Part shown: positions 39,810 to 49,876 of the stretch, piece by piece
Numbering within the stretch: position 1 is the stretch's first letter
Layout of the letters: each line of letters begins with the position of its first letter
DNA from: a virus
IMG/VR virus record: IMGVR_UViG_3300041964_000083
Span: 64,001-128,000 of that record
DNA length: 64,000 nt
Direction: 5' to 3' (one strand)
Notes under the pieces: generated by a model
What the model was told of the DNA's origin: nothing
Database searches by the model: none
The model's input: only the letters and a program-made list of their open reading frames with translations
Program-made: the position numbers and the translations under genes

Positions 39810-40745
39810 TTAATATGGAAGTTCGTTCTCAGGGAACGGTGTGTCAACTTGAAGACTGGGTTCAGCTTCGTGTCGAGTGAATCGTTGTCGCCACAATTCA
39901 TGAGCTTTCTTTGCGCTCATGACACACCCATCTTCACAAACAATTAAAACAGCTAATGGTAATCCTCCATCTTTTAAAATGTACTCGCAATCATGCTCAA
40001 AGGTAAAGTTACGGGGTTTTACGTACTGGTTAGACTCAACCTGTGATGCTCTATCTAGTACTTCTTCGCGAGGGTCGGGCAGAGCAAGTTCTTTGCGACG
40101 GTAGCGAACAACGCCCGCAAAGAACTTGTTAAATACAAGAGAGATAATCGCACCCTTATGCTCTGGTAATCCATCAAACCCATCCTTCTCTTCGCCGTAA
40201 TGCTGACGCAGCAGATTCTCTAGGTGTTCGTAGAGCAGAAGTGCTTTGGCAAAATTAAAGTTTTGAATAACTGTTGCTTGCCCCCATTGACCCGCTTTGA
40301 ACTTACGCTCTTCACAGGTGAATAAGTTAAAGGTATCCGAAAGCATTTTCTTGGTTTTCCAAAGCGTCGTGCGTCCGGTGTTGGCTCCTTTCCAATAAGT
40401 TTTGAGGTATAGTGCAACCGTTTGCATCCCACACCGGAACTTTCTAACACCACGGGATAGAGCTTGTCCAATATTCTCGACAACTCGGTGGAAGCCTGAT
40501 TGTTTATAGGTTTTGGTTCTAAATGCTTTCTTGACTTGCACCAACACCTTCATCTCTCTTGCAGCGCGATAGATGAGGATGTTGAGAAGTCCCATCGTGG
40601 TTAAAATCTTTTCTTTACTCCATACCCTCGTGGCTGTGGCGATGTTGCCAGAGGTAATGGCAGTAAATTCAGTGACGCAATCGGTTATCTGCTGGGCAGT
40701 TAGGGGTTTTGGAGCGAAGCCTTTGGGAAATGTAGGGATAACCAT
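39810..40745 (-). CDS. Winged-helix, Rep-initiator-like protein, paralogue B
   Basis: Clear paralogy to 31710..32498; HTH-like GRTTLWK helix followed by wing. Confidence 0.5.
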   Translation of the reverse strand: MVIPTFPKGFAPKPLTAQQITDCVTEFTAITSGNIATATRVWSKEKILTTMGLLNILIYRAAREMKVLVQVKKAFRTKTYKQSGFHRVVENIGQALSRGVRKFRCGMQTVALYLKTYWKGANTGRTTLWKTKKMLSDTFNLFTCEERKFKAGQWGQATVIQNFNFAKALLLYEHLENLLRQHYGEEKDGFDGLPEHKGAIISLVFNKFFAGVVRYRRKELALPDPREEVLDRASQVESNQYVKPRNFTFEHDCEYILKDGGLPLAVLIVCEDGCVMSAKKAHELWRQRFTRHEAEPSLQVDTPFPENELPY

Positions 40746-40841
40746 GTTACGATGGGGATGCTTTTTTGATAAATTGGTAAGCCGCTCGTTGTTGAAGCAA
40801 CTGGCGGCTATTTTTTTGTATTATGCCACGGAAAGCTAGTT

Positions 40842-41000
40842 AAACGCACCGTGAACGTATAAGCATTTTTGTTAATCTTGTAAGTCTATTTGTTAACCCA
40901 AAGTGGTAGGAAGGGATCAATGGACTAGAGCGAACAAGCAAAAGTGAAAAATAAAACTCTTTAACTTTAAGACTGATGCTTATACGTTCACGGTGCGTTT
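40842..41000. repeat. 25-bp perfect inverted repeat (AAACGCACCGTGAACGTATAAGCAT) around 109-bp AT-rich spacer
   Basis: 40842-40866 and 40976-41000. Confidence 0.92.
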
Positions 41001-41022
41001 TGTGTAAAGATATGTAACAAGC

Positions 41023-41041
41023 TGACAACGAATCGTTGTCA
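41023..41041. repeat. 19-bp palindrome copy 9 (consensus; extended AAGC...GCTT)
   Basis: AAGC-TGACAACGAATCGTTGTCA-GCTT. Confidence 0.92.
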
Positions 41042-41113
41042 GCTTGGGGCGTGGTTGTAGCTTAAAATGAATAGTGAGATCGCACTATTCGAGTTAAAGC
41101 AAATAGCCCAACT

Positions 41114-41845
41114 ATGTCAATCACTAATCAACCTGTTGCATTCCCAAAGGCAATATGTGAAAACGAAATGATAGCTTGGTTGCTGGATCAGTTTGTATGT
41201 GAAGCCGACATAGACAAAACTCCTTTTTCTTTAATGGCATGGGCTGATTTAATGAAACAAGGACTTGTTGATGTTTTTAAAACTCCAGCAGGTTATAAAG
41301 ACCCGTCAGGAGATCTTGTTTTGCGAGGTATAGTTAGAATCAAAACTGACGCATCGCCTGAGTCTTTAACTATCTTTGGAGAAAGAGCAAAGGTTGATTT
41401 TTTCGACAATATTAGTGTTTCTGAAATTGCGCCATCCCCCGCTGTTTTAGATAACCCAACAATCAATCAAGGACGGGGTGCTGTAATTAAATGGAAATAT
41501 TTATCTTTCCGCTCTGAGCATGAGGTCGTAATCGCGTCTTCTTTTGATGCCCTCGGCGTGATGTTCTTTCCCAATGCTGCCGTAAGATTGACTGAGAATG
41601 GCAAACGAGTCACCAAAGAAGTAGATTTTCTTGTTTGCAAAAATGGACGTTGGGGAATTCTAGAAGTTGACGGCTCCCAGCATAGAGAAAGTAGAGCAGA
41701 AGATATGATGCGAGATGATGCTTTTACTGATGCAGGCGTTTGGTTTATTCGTCGCTACCCCGCAAGTGTTTGTATACAAAAATCAGAATGGGTAGTACAA
41801 GACTTCATCTCACGTCTAGACGCTTACTACTTGCGATTGAAATAA
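41114..41845 (+). CDS. PD-(D/E)xK endonuclease, DUF559/Vsr-like C-domain
   Basis: FRSEHE...EVDFLV...GILEVDGSQH...DMMRD. Confidence 0.75.
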   Translation: MSITNQPVAFPKAICENEMIAWLLDQFVCEADIDKTPFSLMAWADLMKQGLVDVFKTPAGYKDPSGDLVLRGIVRIKTDASPESLTIFGERAKVDFFDNISVSEIAPSPAVLDNPTINQGRGAVIKWKYLSFRSEHEVVIASSFDALGVMFFPNAAVRLTENGKRVTKEVDFLVCKNGRWGILEVDGSQHRESRAEDMMRDDAFTDAGVWFIRRYPASVCIQKSEWVVQDFISRLDAYYLRLK

Positions 41846-41898
41846 CTTAATTATTATTAAAGCGGGGATTCTATGATTTTCGGCTGTTCGTTCCATAT

Positions 41899-42621
41899 TC
41901 ACCATCCCTCCGGTAACTCCACACCGATCGCGCACAAACTTCTGGTAATCCTTTCCTTATTCTCCTCGAACAGTGGGTGGTCGGGTACATCGCCACCAAT
42001 AGAGGCTAGCGGGATACTGAGGGTTTCTTTGTTCTCGTCTTCCTTATCGGGTGGCGTAAGGCGATGATTAGCTTGGACGAGCATCTTGGCTAGGTCTTGA
42101 GTACCGAACTGCTGAAATAGGTCTTTGGCACGAAGCTTGAATATCAGGAGAGTGTCTACCCAAATATCAAGCTCACTATCCCCCGTGGTGTGTTTGGGTG
42201 GAGTGTCGTCCCCTGTTGAGTAGGTGTACCCCATAAGTTGGGATAGCTTTGATAAGCCCACAACGAGTTCGTTTGTGACGGGGTGAGTAACGGGGTCGGT
42301 GCAGATGAAGAATTTGTGGCGGCAAAGGGAGGTGATGCGATCGCAGTTCACTACCCACCCACTACTTACTTGCTTTAAATTCTCGCTCAATTCTTGTACC
42401 CCTGCAAGGGGGAGTTGATTGGCAATCTTCTGGTAGTAGCGCTTAAGAGTTTCGTAGATTTGGTACTCGACTACTTCGTTGTAGGGATAGATTTCATAGC
42501 CCTCAAGCTGGGTGAGGAGCGCTAGATGATATTGGCGGATGAGGGAAGAGTGCGCGATCGCAGGCGTCTTGATAAACGCAAAATCACCGTCGATAAAATC
42601 AATCTGCTCCCAGTTCGGCAT
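41899..42621 (-). CDS. Hypothetical tail-region protein
   Basis: Last gene of minus-strand structural operon. Confidence 0.5.
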   Translation of the reverse strand: MPNWEQIDFIDGDFAFIKTPAIAHSSLIRQYHLALLTQLEGYEIYPYNEVVEYQIYETLKRYYQKIANQLPLAGVQELSENLKQVSSGWVVNCDRITSLCRHKFFICTDPVTHPVTNELVVGLSKLSQLMGYTYSTGDDTPPKHTTGDSELDIWVDTLLIFKLRAKDLFQQFGTQDLAKMLVQANHRLTPPDKEDENKETLSIPLASIGGDVPDHPLFEENKERITRSLCAIGVELPEGW

Positions 42622-44096
42622 CAGGCGTAATAACTCGCAGCGATAACCACAGCCCCTATTGATAACGGATAAAATTTATTTACTTTAATATCTTCTTCTA
42701 CTTCAATCGTATTGTTTATGAGATTGATAACTGCTTTCCATACAGGAATATCTTTTAATTCCGCGTTTGGTGTTTTATAAATGTTTGAACTATTTTGATA
42801 AAGAGCTAATGTTTTGGTCTGCCATAACCCCTGCTGAAATTGTCCAGAATTAGCTGGGGGAAGAACTAGATAATAATTGTTATCAATTAAACTTGCACCA
42901 CGCTGCGAATTTAATGATTGAAATTTATCAATGTTATAAGGAATATCAATTTTATCTTTGTTATTAGGTTTTTCATTAACAAAAACCAAGTTATTTTCTT
43001 GAGTTTCAGTTCGATCTCCATTAACCGTATTAGAAACATTCTCCTCTTGTTGGTAAATGTAAGCATTTTTCCCTGATATCTGTGGTGTAACGGTTAAAGA
43101 TCGTGTTCCTGATATAACAGGTCCTGTAACACCTGTATCTGTTTGTACCGTATCCTCATTTAAACTATATTGATATTCGGTGTTGATAATTTTTTTTGAT
43201 AAACTCTTTGAATATAAAACATAAGTTGGTGTGATAGACGATTGATTTCTAATGTCTTTAATTTTAGTTATAAAACTAGAAGAAACATTAGAAATTTGCA
43301 CAGAAATTATTTCGTGAGTACGATTCATCTCATAAGATAATGCGCCTATCGTTACGTCTACCGTTTTATTAAACGCAAAACCAATATTCCCAACAGAATA
43401 AATATTATTTGTTTGTTGAAAATTATCACTTTGAGTGTAGTTAAAACTTCCTGATCCAAAAACCAAAGGACTTGTGCTTTCGTAGCTCCAGGAAGATGAG
43501 GTATCTGTGTATGTTTGCCCAATAGCTCTAACGCTCCCTTGAAATGTCCCTACCCAATTTCCAAATCCGATCCAATTCAACAAGTATGTCCACGGCTCGG
43601 TACAGGTGTAAATTTTGTTGTTATAAACATTAACAACGCGATCACTAAACTTAAACCCAGCGACCCAATCATTCTTCCCTCGTCCCGTATTTGAAAACTG
43701 GACTACAGGAAGTGTAGTTGTAGTGTAAATTTGAACAGGTTTTTTGCGATCACCGCCAACATACCAATCGTATCCTTGAGCGGTTCTGATATAGAAAAGA
43801 ACTTTGATGGGTCCTGTGTCCACCTGAATATTGTTAGGACGCGATCGCCTAGAGATTAACGTGTTGTCAGATATAGTTTGGTTAGGAGACTGGAAGGCAT
43901 ACCAGGTACCATTAGCGCGTTGCAGCAAGGTAGGTTGAGTTGTACAGGGGGTAGCTGCGATCGCGTTAACACTACCATTTTCGCCCTGCACATTTACCGT
44001 ACCATCAGCATTCATCCCCGTCGCTAACCCAATCGCTTCGTCTGGGTCATTGGTAAGAAAGTCGTGAAGCTCTTTGGAGGTGTCTTGGTCGCTCAA
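42621..44096 (-). CDS. Putative tail fibre / receptor-binding protein
   Basis: Beta-rich Asn/Thr/Ser C-terminal part encoded by AT-rich DNA; tail operon context. Confidence 0.55.
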   Translation of the reverse strand: MSDQDTSKELHDFLTNDPDEAIGLATGMNADGTVNVQGENGSVNAIAATPCTTQPTLLQRANGTWYAFQSPNQTISDNTLISRRSRPNNIQVDTGPIKVLFYIRTAQGYDWYVGGDRKKPVQIYTTTTLPVVQFSNTGRGKNDWVAGFKFSDRVVNVYNNKIYTCTEPWTYLLNWIGFGNWVGTFQGSVRAIGQTYTDTSSSWSYESTSPLVFGSGSFNYTQSDNFQQTNNIYSVGNIGFAFNKTVDVTIGALSYEMNRTHEIISVQISNVSSSFITKIKDIRNQSSITPTYVLYSKSLSKKIINTEYQYSLNEDTVQTDTGVTGPVISGTRSLTVTPQISGKNAYIYQQEENVSNTVNGDRTETQENNLVFVNEKPNNKDKIDIPYNIDKFQSLNSQRGASLIDNNYYLVLPPANSGQFQQGLWQTKTLALYQNSSNIYKTPNAELKDIPVWKAVINLINNTIEVEEDIKVNKFYPLSIGAVVIAASYYA

Positions 44097-45413
44097 AGTA
44101 AATGAAATGTTGTGCGATCGTGTAAATAAACTAACTCAATTCTACGACGTTCCTGCTCGATGTGCTGAGAGCTACGGATAAGGTCTACAAAGCTTGAAGC
44201 TAAATAGAATTCGTTGTTGTCAGCAAAAACTATCTTTGCTTCGAGGTGTTTAAATTGTTCTTGGGAGATGGATACAGCAGGCGGTTGAATAACGGGAAAT
44301 TTGGCAAACTTGATGTGCTTGCCAGCGAGATCAGGGGATACTTCGATAATGCCGCCCTCGGCAATTGTAAGTTGTCCAGTTCCCGTGATTTGGGAGACTA
44401 TACTCACACCCTGAGCTTCGCCTTTGGCTGGGAGATACGCGATCGCAGGTGTAGTTTCATCCTGAGCCATAATTCGCCCGGTTTTACCCAGTAGATGTAA
44501 TTGCCCTTTTGTCCCATGTAGGTAGGTTTCAGCTTCAGCGTACATGGCTGGTGTTTCATCAACCTTGTACTTGCTGCCAATACTAATTGCATACAATTCA
44601 GCTCCCCCACCTAAAAAGGAGAGGGAGATGCGATCCGATGTAATCGTAATGTCGGGAGGTTTGGCGATCGCGGGTACTACTGCACCATCAGCAACAAGCC
44701 AAGCGCGAAGCGGTGTAGTATCTTCAAGCGGGGCGGGGAATACCATTGTCTATCTGAATGGTGTCTAGGGAACGCGGACCTTTAGCGGCATACTTCACCG
44801 GCGCTTGAAATTCAACGCTAGTTGCAGCACCCGTAAACCACTGTACCGTGATATCACATAGCGGTAGACCGGTGGGGTCAACTGAGTAAATAAGGTTAGC
44901 CTCCATGATTTTCACATGGCGCACACTACCAGATGCTGGGGTTGTCGTCGCGATCGTCACGTTTCCAACAGCGGTACTACCCGCGTTGTCGAGCGTGAAA
45001 GCCAAGCCCGCTACAGCACCGGTTATCGTGATTGTGCCGTTACTGGCTTTGGCGTTTACCCTAGGGTCTTCGTTGAGCTGTTTAGCGAGGTTTTGGGCAA
45101 TGATTGTCACCGTGTCAGCATTCTTTTGGCGATAGAGTGCTGTTCCTGGTGCTAGCGTCACGTTGGACGTACCACTGGTTGGTGGGGCATCACCTGCGAT
45201 CGCAAGAGAATAAACGTCACCCGTTGCACCGGCTGTAATAGTAACGGTAGATGTTTGGATTGCCGCTGCGGGGTCGAGGGAGATGTATTGCTCGACTTTG
45301 ACTTGATTTTCGTTTGGCGTAGCTACCCGGCACTCTGAAACAACAGACGCTGGTGCAGTTTGAGATAGTTTTGGTCGATTAAAAGTAAGTGTTCCAGTAG
45401 CTTGATCTGGCAT
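44093..45413 (-). CDS. Two putative virion structural proteins (44093-44746, 44724-45413)
   Basis: Thr/Ala/Gly-rich beta proteins (TVTITAGATGDVYSLAI...ASNGTITITG). Confidence 0.55.
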
Positions 45414-45500
45414 AGCTGGTATAGGTTTTGAGTTGCAACTACTTCAACTTCTAACCTATGTAGTAGTTCAATCGACTGAATCACTCGAAATTGCATCGGC

Positions 45501-45519
45501 TGACAACGATTCGTTGTCA
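45501..45519. repeat. 19-bp palindrome copy 10 (TGACAACGATTCGTTGTCA)
   Basis: Overlaps stop of minus-strand RHH gene. Confidence 0.92.
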
Positions 45520-45732
45520 GTCATCGGCTGTTGGGTTGTTTAGCGATCGCGCATACCTCTCTACTAACTCGCTCCGACTAATCCCCAACCTTGTAGCTTC
45601 GGCATCAAGATTGGTGCGTGCCGTAGGCGTAAGCGATAAGTTGACATTTACCTTAGCTTCGCCATGTTCTGTTCTAGCCTCCCCTTTCTTCGGTTTTGTT
45701 TTAGTGAATCTTGTTTTTCCCATTATTGACAA
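45517..45732 (-). CDS. CopG-like RHH regulator
   Basis: VNLSLTPTARTNLDAEATRLGISRSELVERYAR. Confidence 0.8.
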   Translation of the reverse strand: MSIMGKTRFTKTKPKKGEARTEHGEAKVNVNLSLTPTARTNLDAEATRLGISRSELVERYARSLNNPTADD

Positions 45733-45754
45733 CGTTTTGAATATTGCGTATTAT
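45726..45754 (+). promoter_or_regulatory. Sigma70-type promoter
   Basis: TTGACA-17 bp-TATTAT upstream of 45770 ORF. Confidence 0.7.
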
Positions 45755-45769
45755 TAAGTTATCAACTTT

Positions 45770-46531
45770 ATGAGAAAAGGTCAAATGACTCAATTTAAAG
45801 GATTTGGTTCAGCCCCAAAACTAATAAAAGGATGGCTGCTCCCAGAGTTGCAAGAGAATTACACCGACAACGCATACAACATGGCGTCATTAAAAACAAC
45901 GATAAACCTATGGACTGGTTATCTTTGTTACCGAAAAGTAGACAAAAGTGATTGTTTTGAGCGTCGAGTTGAAGTGGCGTCATCTTGTTTTGCTTTGTTA
46001 TGCCAAATAGATTCCGAGCTTGACAAACTAACAGCCGATGAAACAAACTTTAAGTCTTTGATTAATCGATTGAAAAATGATGATGACTTTTATATTTCGT
46101 TTATCAACAAAAGGTACGAATTAGTCAAAGCTCGGACACTTGCAGGAGATACCGAAGATTTGAATGTACTGATCAAAGAGTCATACGACTACAAGGATTG
46201 GCTTAAAGAATCTGGTGTTTTGTCTGCTGGTATTGAGTTAGTTGATGGCTGGGGGCATCCATTATCAGCAGCAGGTAAGGTAATTGACGGCGAAGAAACA
46301 ATGAATACTTGGGCATTTGCCAGCATGATTTGCGCTACAGCCACAAAACGACTAGAAGGTGGAAATCAAGAAAAAGCCGTTTCTATGTTGATTACATTTG
46401 GCGTACTTGAACCTGAAACATGGCAAACAAAAGTTGAAATATGTCGGCAAATAGACGCTGAGTACATTCAAATAATCAATCGCTGCCACGCTGAACTTGA
46501 AAACAAGCTGGAAAAAGCTTTTGAGAAGTAG
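45770..46531 (+). CDS. Hypothetical protein with KGFG motif
   Basis: 253-aa ORF behind consensus promoter. Confidence 0.6.
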   Translation: MRKGQMTQFKGFGSAPKLIKGWLLPELQENYTDNAYNMASLKTTINLWTGYLCYRKVDKSDCFERRVEVASSCFALLCQIDSELDKLTADETNFKSLINRLKNDDDFYISFINKRYELVKARTLAGDTEDLNVLIKESYDYKDWLKESGVLSAGIELVDGWGHPLSAAGKVIDGEETMNTWAFASMICATATKRLEGGNQEKAVSMLITFGVLEPETWQTKVEICRQIDAEYIQIINRCHAELENKLEKAFEK

Positions 46532-46615
46532 TGTAGCCTTCTAGGTAAACACTGTATGCGATCGCGTCTTGTCTGGAAAACTTACGCGATCGCACGTCCA
46601 CTAACCCACAAGCTA

Positions 46616-47512
46616 ATGGAGCAACTATCCATCATGACACAAATTGAGCAAGTTGTTAAACAAATTCAATCAGAGTTCCGCGTAAACCCCAATGGGCAAG
46701 TATTTACCAGTATTCGCGGTGCAGCAAGGTTAGCCGATATTGATGAATCGTCAATTAGAACAGCTCTCCATAGTGCGGGACAAAAACCATCGCGTTTAGC
46801 TGAATTCCTTATCCAACAAGGATTTGAAAGTGCGGAGCTAATTTCGTGGGTAACTACAAGGATACCCGATATTGCACTTGCGTTGATTCTTGAGTACTAC
46901 GCTTACGAGTGCCAAGAACGCTATCGCTCAGAGCAAGCCAAGCTTTGTTGTCGCGCATTTAATTCCGTAGGTATCAGGGATTGGGTTAAAAAATCAATAG
47001 GGTGGGAGGTACAACTAGCAAGCGGGATAACCAAAACCGAAAGCCGTATAGAAGAAATACTGGCTCAAAACCAGCAAATGATGCAGCAAAGTCAGCAAAT
47101 GATGATGGCAATCGCGATGATGTGTCAGCAGCAAGGAATCCAAATGGAATCACTTGCATCACAGGTTTCTTCTGTTGATACCCGACTAACGCGCATCGAA
47201 TCAGACCGCGATGATGCAATTGCAGAACTCGATGAAGCCGAACCCCCATCTGTTGAAGCAGAAGACCTAACCACCCGTGCCAAACTTAATCGCTTGGTTC
47301 GCGATTATAGTGCGGCTACCGCTATTCCGTTTAGCGAAGTGTGGAAGCGAGTATATCGAGAATTCCGCGATCGATATCATGTTGATCTCAAGCGGCGGTC
47401 TAAAAATATCCAAGAAAGTGGCGGCAAAAAGCTAAGTTCTTTAGATGTTTGCGAACACCTCGGCATGATAGAACAGCTATACGCTGTAGCATTTGCGCTA
47501 TTAAAAGCTTAA
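46616..47512 (+). CDS. Antirepressor-like protein: BstA/KilA-N-like N-domain, coiled coil, ORF6C-like C-domain
   Basis: TSIRGAARLADID...ALILEYYAYE...GIRDWVKKSIGW; VWKRVYREFRDRYHVDL. Confidence 0.65.
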   Translation: MEQLSIMTQIEQVVKQIQSEFRVNPNGQVFTSIRGAARLADIDESSIRTALHSAGQKPSRLAEFLIQQGFESAELISWVTTRIPDIALALILEYYAYECQERYRSEQAKLCCRAFNSVGIRDWVKKSIGWEVQLASGITKTESRIEEILAQNQQMMQQSQQMMMAIAMMCQQQGIQMESLASQVSSVDTRLTRIESDRDDAIAELDEAEPPSVEAEDLTTRAKLNRLVRDYSAATAIPFSEVWKRVYREFRDRYHVDLKRRSKNIQESGGKKLSSLDVCEHLGMIEQLYAVAFALLKA

Positions 47513-48204
47513 TTCGCTTAGGCTTTTGTCAACCTGCCATTCTCTTTGTAGTTGGCAGGTTGGGCAAATCGCCCTTGTCAACACACAACACCCAACAAGT
47601 AAAATGGCTGAATCAATCAAGGTAACTGTCAAGAAAGAATTAGAAATTGACTTAGACACTCTTCAAAACCATTGCTCTGATGATGCTGAAAAAATGGAAA
47701 AGATGCTTAATTTATTTCAAAGCATTGAGAAAGAAGACGATTTGTTTAAGCGTGAAAACGAAGACTTGCTTATCTTATTAGGGGAAATTACCGAAGAAGA
47801 CGGGGATTCAGACACAAGGTTTGAAATTTACGTTTAAGTTTATTTGCGATCGCGTACTGCTTCCCTTAAAGATTAGGAATACGCGATCGCGCAACTACAT
47901 CAACAATCAAAGGAGCAAAACAATGGTAGAATACACAGTTCGATTTAGAGTTGAAATCAAATACCTCACAGAGGAAGAACAAGAAGAAGCGATTTTGTTA
48001 GAAAAAATGAATGTTTATGAAAACAAACTTGTATCTTTAACACCCGAACAGGTTTTTCAAGAGGATGCCGTGTATATTTGGGATACGTATATTTGGTTTG
48101 AGCAAAGCTTAAATTTTGTGCCTCAAATTGGAATGGAGTTCCCCGATGTTTTTGATAACTTGAAATGGTGGAAACCTGATGACATACCAATCGTGTCACA
48201 TATA

Positions 48205-49345
48205 TAGCCAGTCTAAATGATTCGTGAAAGCGAATGCCGCGAATAAGTGATAAAGTAGAAAGTTATTTTAGGGAAATAATAATGATATCTGAGTCGAGAG
48301 AGAAAGAAATTAAGACTTTAACAGACTTCATCACTAGTAATCCAGACCCCAGAGAGTTGAAGAGAGCCTTGGCGATAAAATTAGCACTAGAAGGCTATGC
48401 TTATCGAGCTATTAAACAAAGTTTAGGAGTGTCTTATGGATTTATAAGTAAATGGAAAACAAGTTTTGAAGCCTGGGGAATATCCGGAATTAAATTAGCT
48501 CATAAAGGGAGCCAAAGTTTCTTGACTGAAGAACAAATAGAACAAGTAATAACTTGGCTATTTTCCCAAAATCATTGGGATATATCCGAATTAGAAGTTT
48601 ATCTAATAGACCATTATGACGTGGTCTTTCAATCACCGCAGAGTTATTATGCGCTGCTGAAGAAAGCTCGGATAAGTTGGCAAAAAGCTCAACAAGTCAA
48701 TCCTCGCCAAAACCCGGAATTGGTAAAAAAAAGAACTCAAGAACTCGCCAATCTCCTGGAAAATAGACGCCAAGAGATAGAAGCGGGAAGCCTTGTCGTC
48801 TATCTTATAGACGAATGTCATCTGCTGTGGAATGATATTTGTGGTTACCTATGGAATTTCATTAAAAATCCTCGAAAAGTTCCCCTGCTCAATCCTAAAG
48901 AAAGACAAACTTACTATGGAGCCTTAAATTTAATGTCTCCGGACTTTGTTCTATCAGCTTATCAGGCTGGAAATGGGGAATGTACGGTAGATTTTGTCAA
49001 GAAATTACTGGAAAGAAATAAACGGGCGAAACTTTTGCTGATTTGGGATGGAGCCATCTATCATCGTGGTCAAGAAATGCAGGAATTTTTAGCTCAACAC
49101 AATGATGGTTTATCTCCCGATGAATGGCGAATTACTTGTGAGTTATTTCCTGCCTATGCTCCCGAAGAAAATCCGGTTGAAGCCATTTGGTTACAATTAA
49201 AAAGTTTACTGAGAAGATTTTATAGATTTGGGAAGAATTTTAACATAGTTAAACGTCTTTTCAAAATGTTTGCTGACCTAAAACTTTTCAATTTTCCTAA
49301 TCTTGAAAGGTATCAGGCATTTTCACAATTCATTTAGACTAGCTA
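48205..49345 (+). mobile_element. IS630-family insertion sequence
   Basis: TIRs TAGCCAGTCTAAATGA / TCATTTAGACTAGCTA; TA duplication at 48203-48204 and 49346-49347; no HIP1 inside. Confidence 0.93.
48234..49337 (+). CDS. IS630 DDE transposase
   Basis: YLIDE...IWDGAIYH...YAPEENPVEAIW. Confidence 0.95.
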   Translation: MPRISDKVESYFREIIMISESREKEIKTLTDFITSNPDPRELKRALAIKLALEGYAYRAIKQSLGVSYGFISKWKTSFEAWGISGIKLAHKGSQSFLTEEQIEQVITWLFSQNHWDISELEVYLIDHYDVVFQSPQSYYALLKKARISWQKAQQVNPRQNPELVKKRTQELANLLENRRQEIEAGSLVVYLIDECHLLWNDICGYLWNFIKNPRKVPLLNPKERQTYYGALNLMSPDFVLSAYQAGNGECTVDFVKKLLERNKRAKLLLIWDGAIYHRGQEMQEFLAQHNDGLSPDEWRITCELFPAYAPEENPVEAIWLQLKSLLRRFYRFGKNFNIVKRLFKMFADLKLFNFPNLERYQAFSQFI

Positions 49346-49483
49346 TAGCTTATTACTTTAAACACAGTGTCTTCATTGTTGATTTAGATTATGGGTGTAA
49401 CTACCTAGATACAATCAGACGAATAGCAGTAAGACAGATTCAAAGTTTATAATCGCACAATTCAATTAACAATCAAAAAAACA

Positions 49484-49816
49484 ATGAGTTACTTGGACGA
49501 TCTAATAGTAATCAAATACATAGGGACAATTTTTTACGTTAGTCCTGATAAAAACAAACAGTTTTACACCGTTGAAAGCAAAGTTCCTCTAATAACAACA
49601 GAGAATGTACCTTTTGATAAAATCCAGGAAGCTGTACAAAAGCAATGTTTGCTTAAGGATGCGTATTACAAAGCAACAAAATCAACGTGTGGTTATGAAA
49701 CTGTGGCTGAATTAGAAGCAATGCATCCTTTCGCGTCGTGGGCAGAAATCTCTGCGGGTAATAAAGAACTGGAAAATGTCTTGATAAATCAACTCAATCT
49801 CAATAACACAGATTGA
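49484..49816 (+). CDS. Hypothetical protein
   Basis: 110-aa ORF. Confidence 0.55.
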   Translation: MSYLDDLIVIKYIGTIFYVSPDKNKQFYTVESKVPLITTENVPFDKIQEAVQKQCLLKDAYYKATKSTCGYETVAELEAMHPFASWAEISAGNKELENVLINQLNLNNTD

Positions 49817-49831
49817 GTAAGACTACCCAAC

Positions 49832-49850
49832 TAACAACTAATCGATGTTA
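49832..49850. repeat. 19-bp palindrome copy 11, with symmetric G>A / C>T change (TAACAACTAATCGATGTTA)
   Basis: Degenerate match immediately before terminator 49851-49875. Confidence 0.7.
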
Positions 49851-49876
49851 AACCCCACTAAACGTGGGGTTTTTTG

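Larger units (their letters stand above)
47923..49452 (+). pseudogene. Hypothetical gene interrupted by IS630
   Basis: Removing the IS and one TA restores ...IVSHI-AYYFKHSVFIVDLDYG...QSL* in frame to TAA at 49450-49452. Confidence 0.8.

Noticed and set aside
40842-41000. MITE
   Set aside because: No target-site duplication, no similarity to the IS630 ends, and the architecture is tied to the Rep-like paralogues
45726-45735. TTGACAACG as a 14th palindrome copy
   Set aside because: Only a half-site; better explained as the -35 box of a consensus promoter
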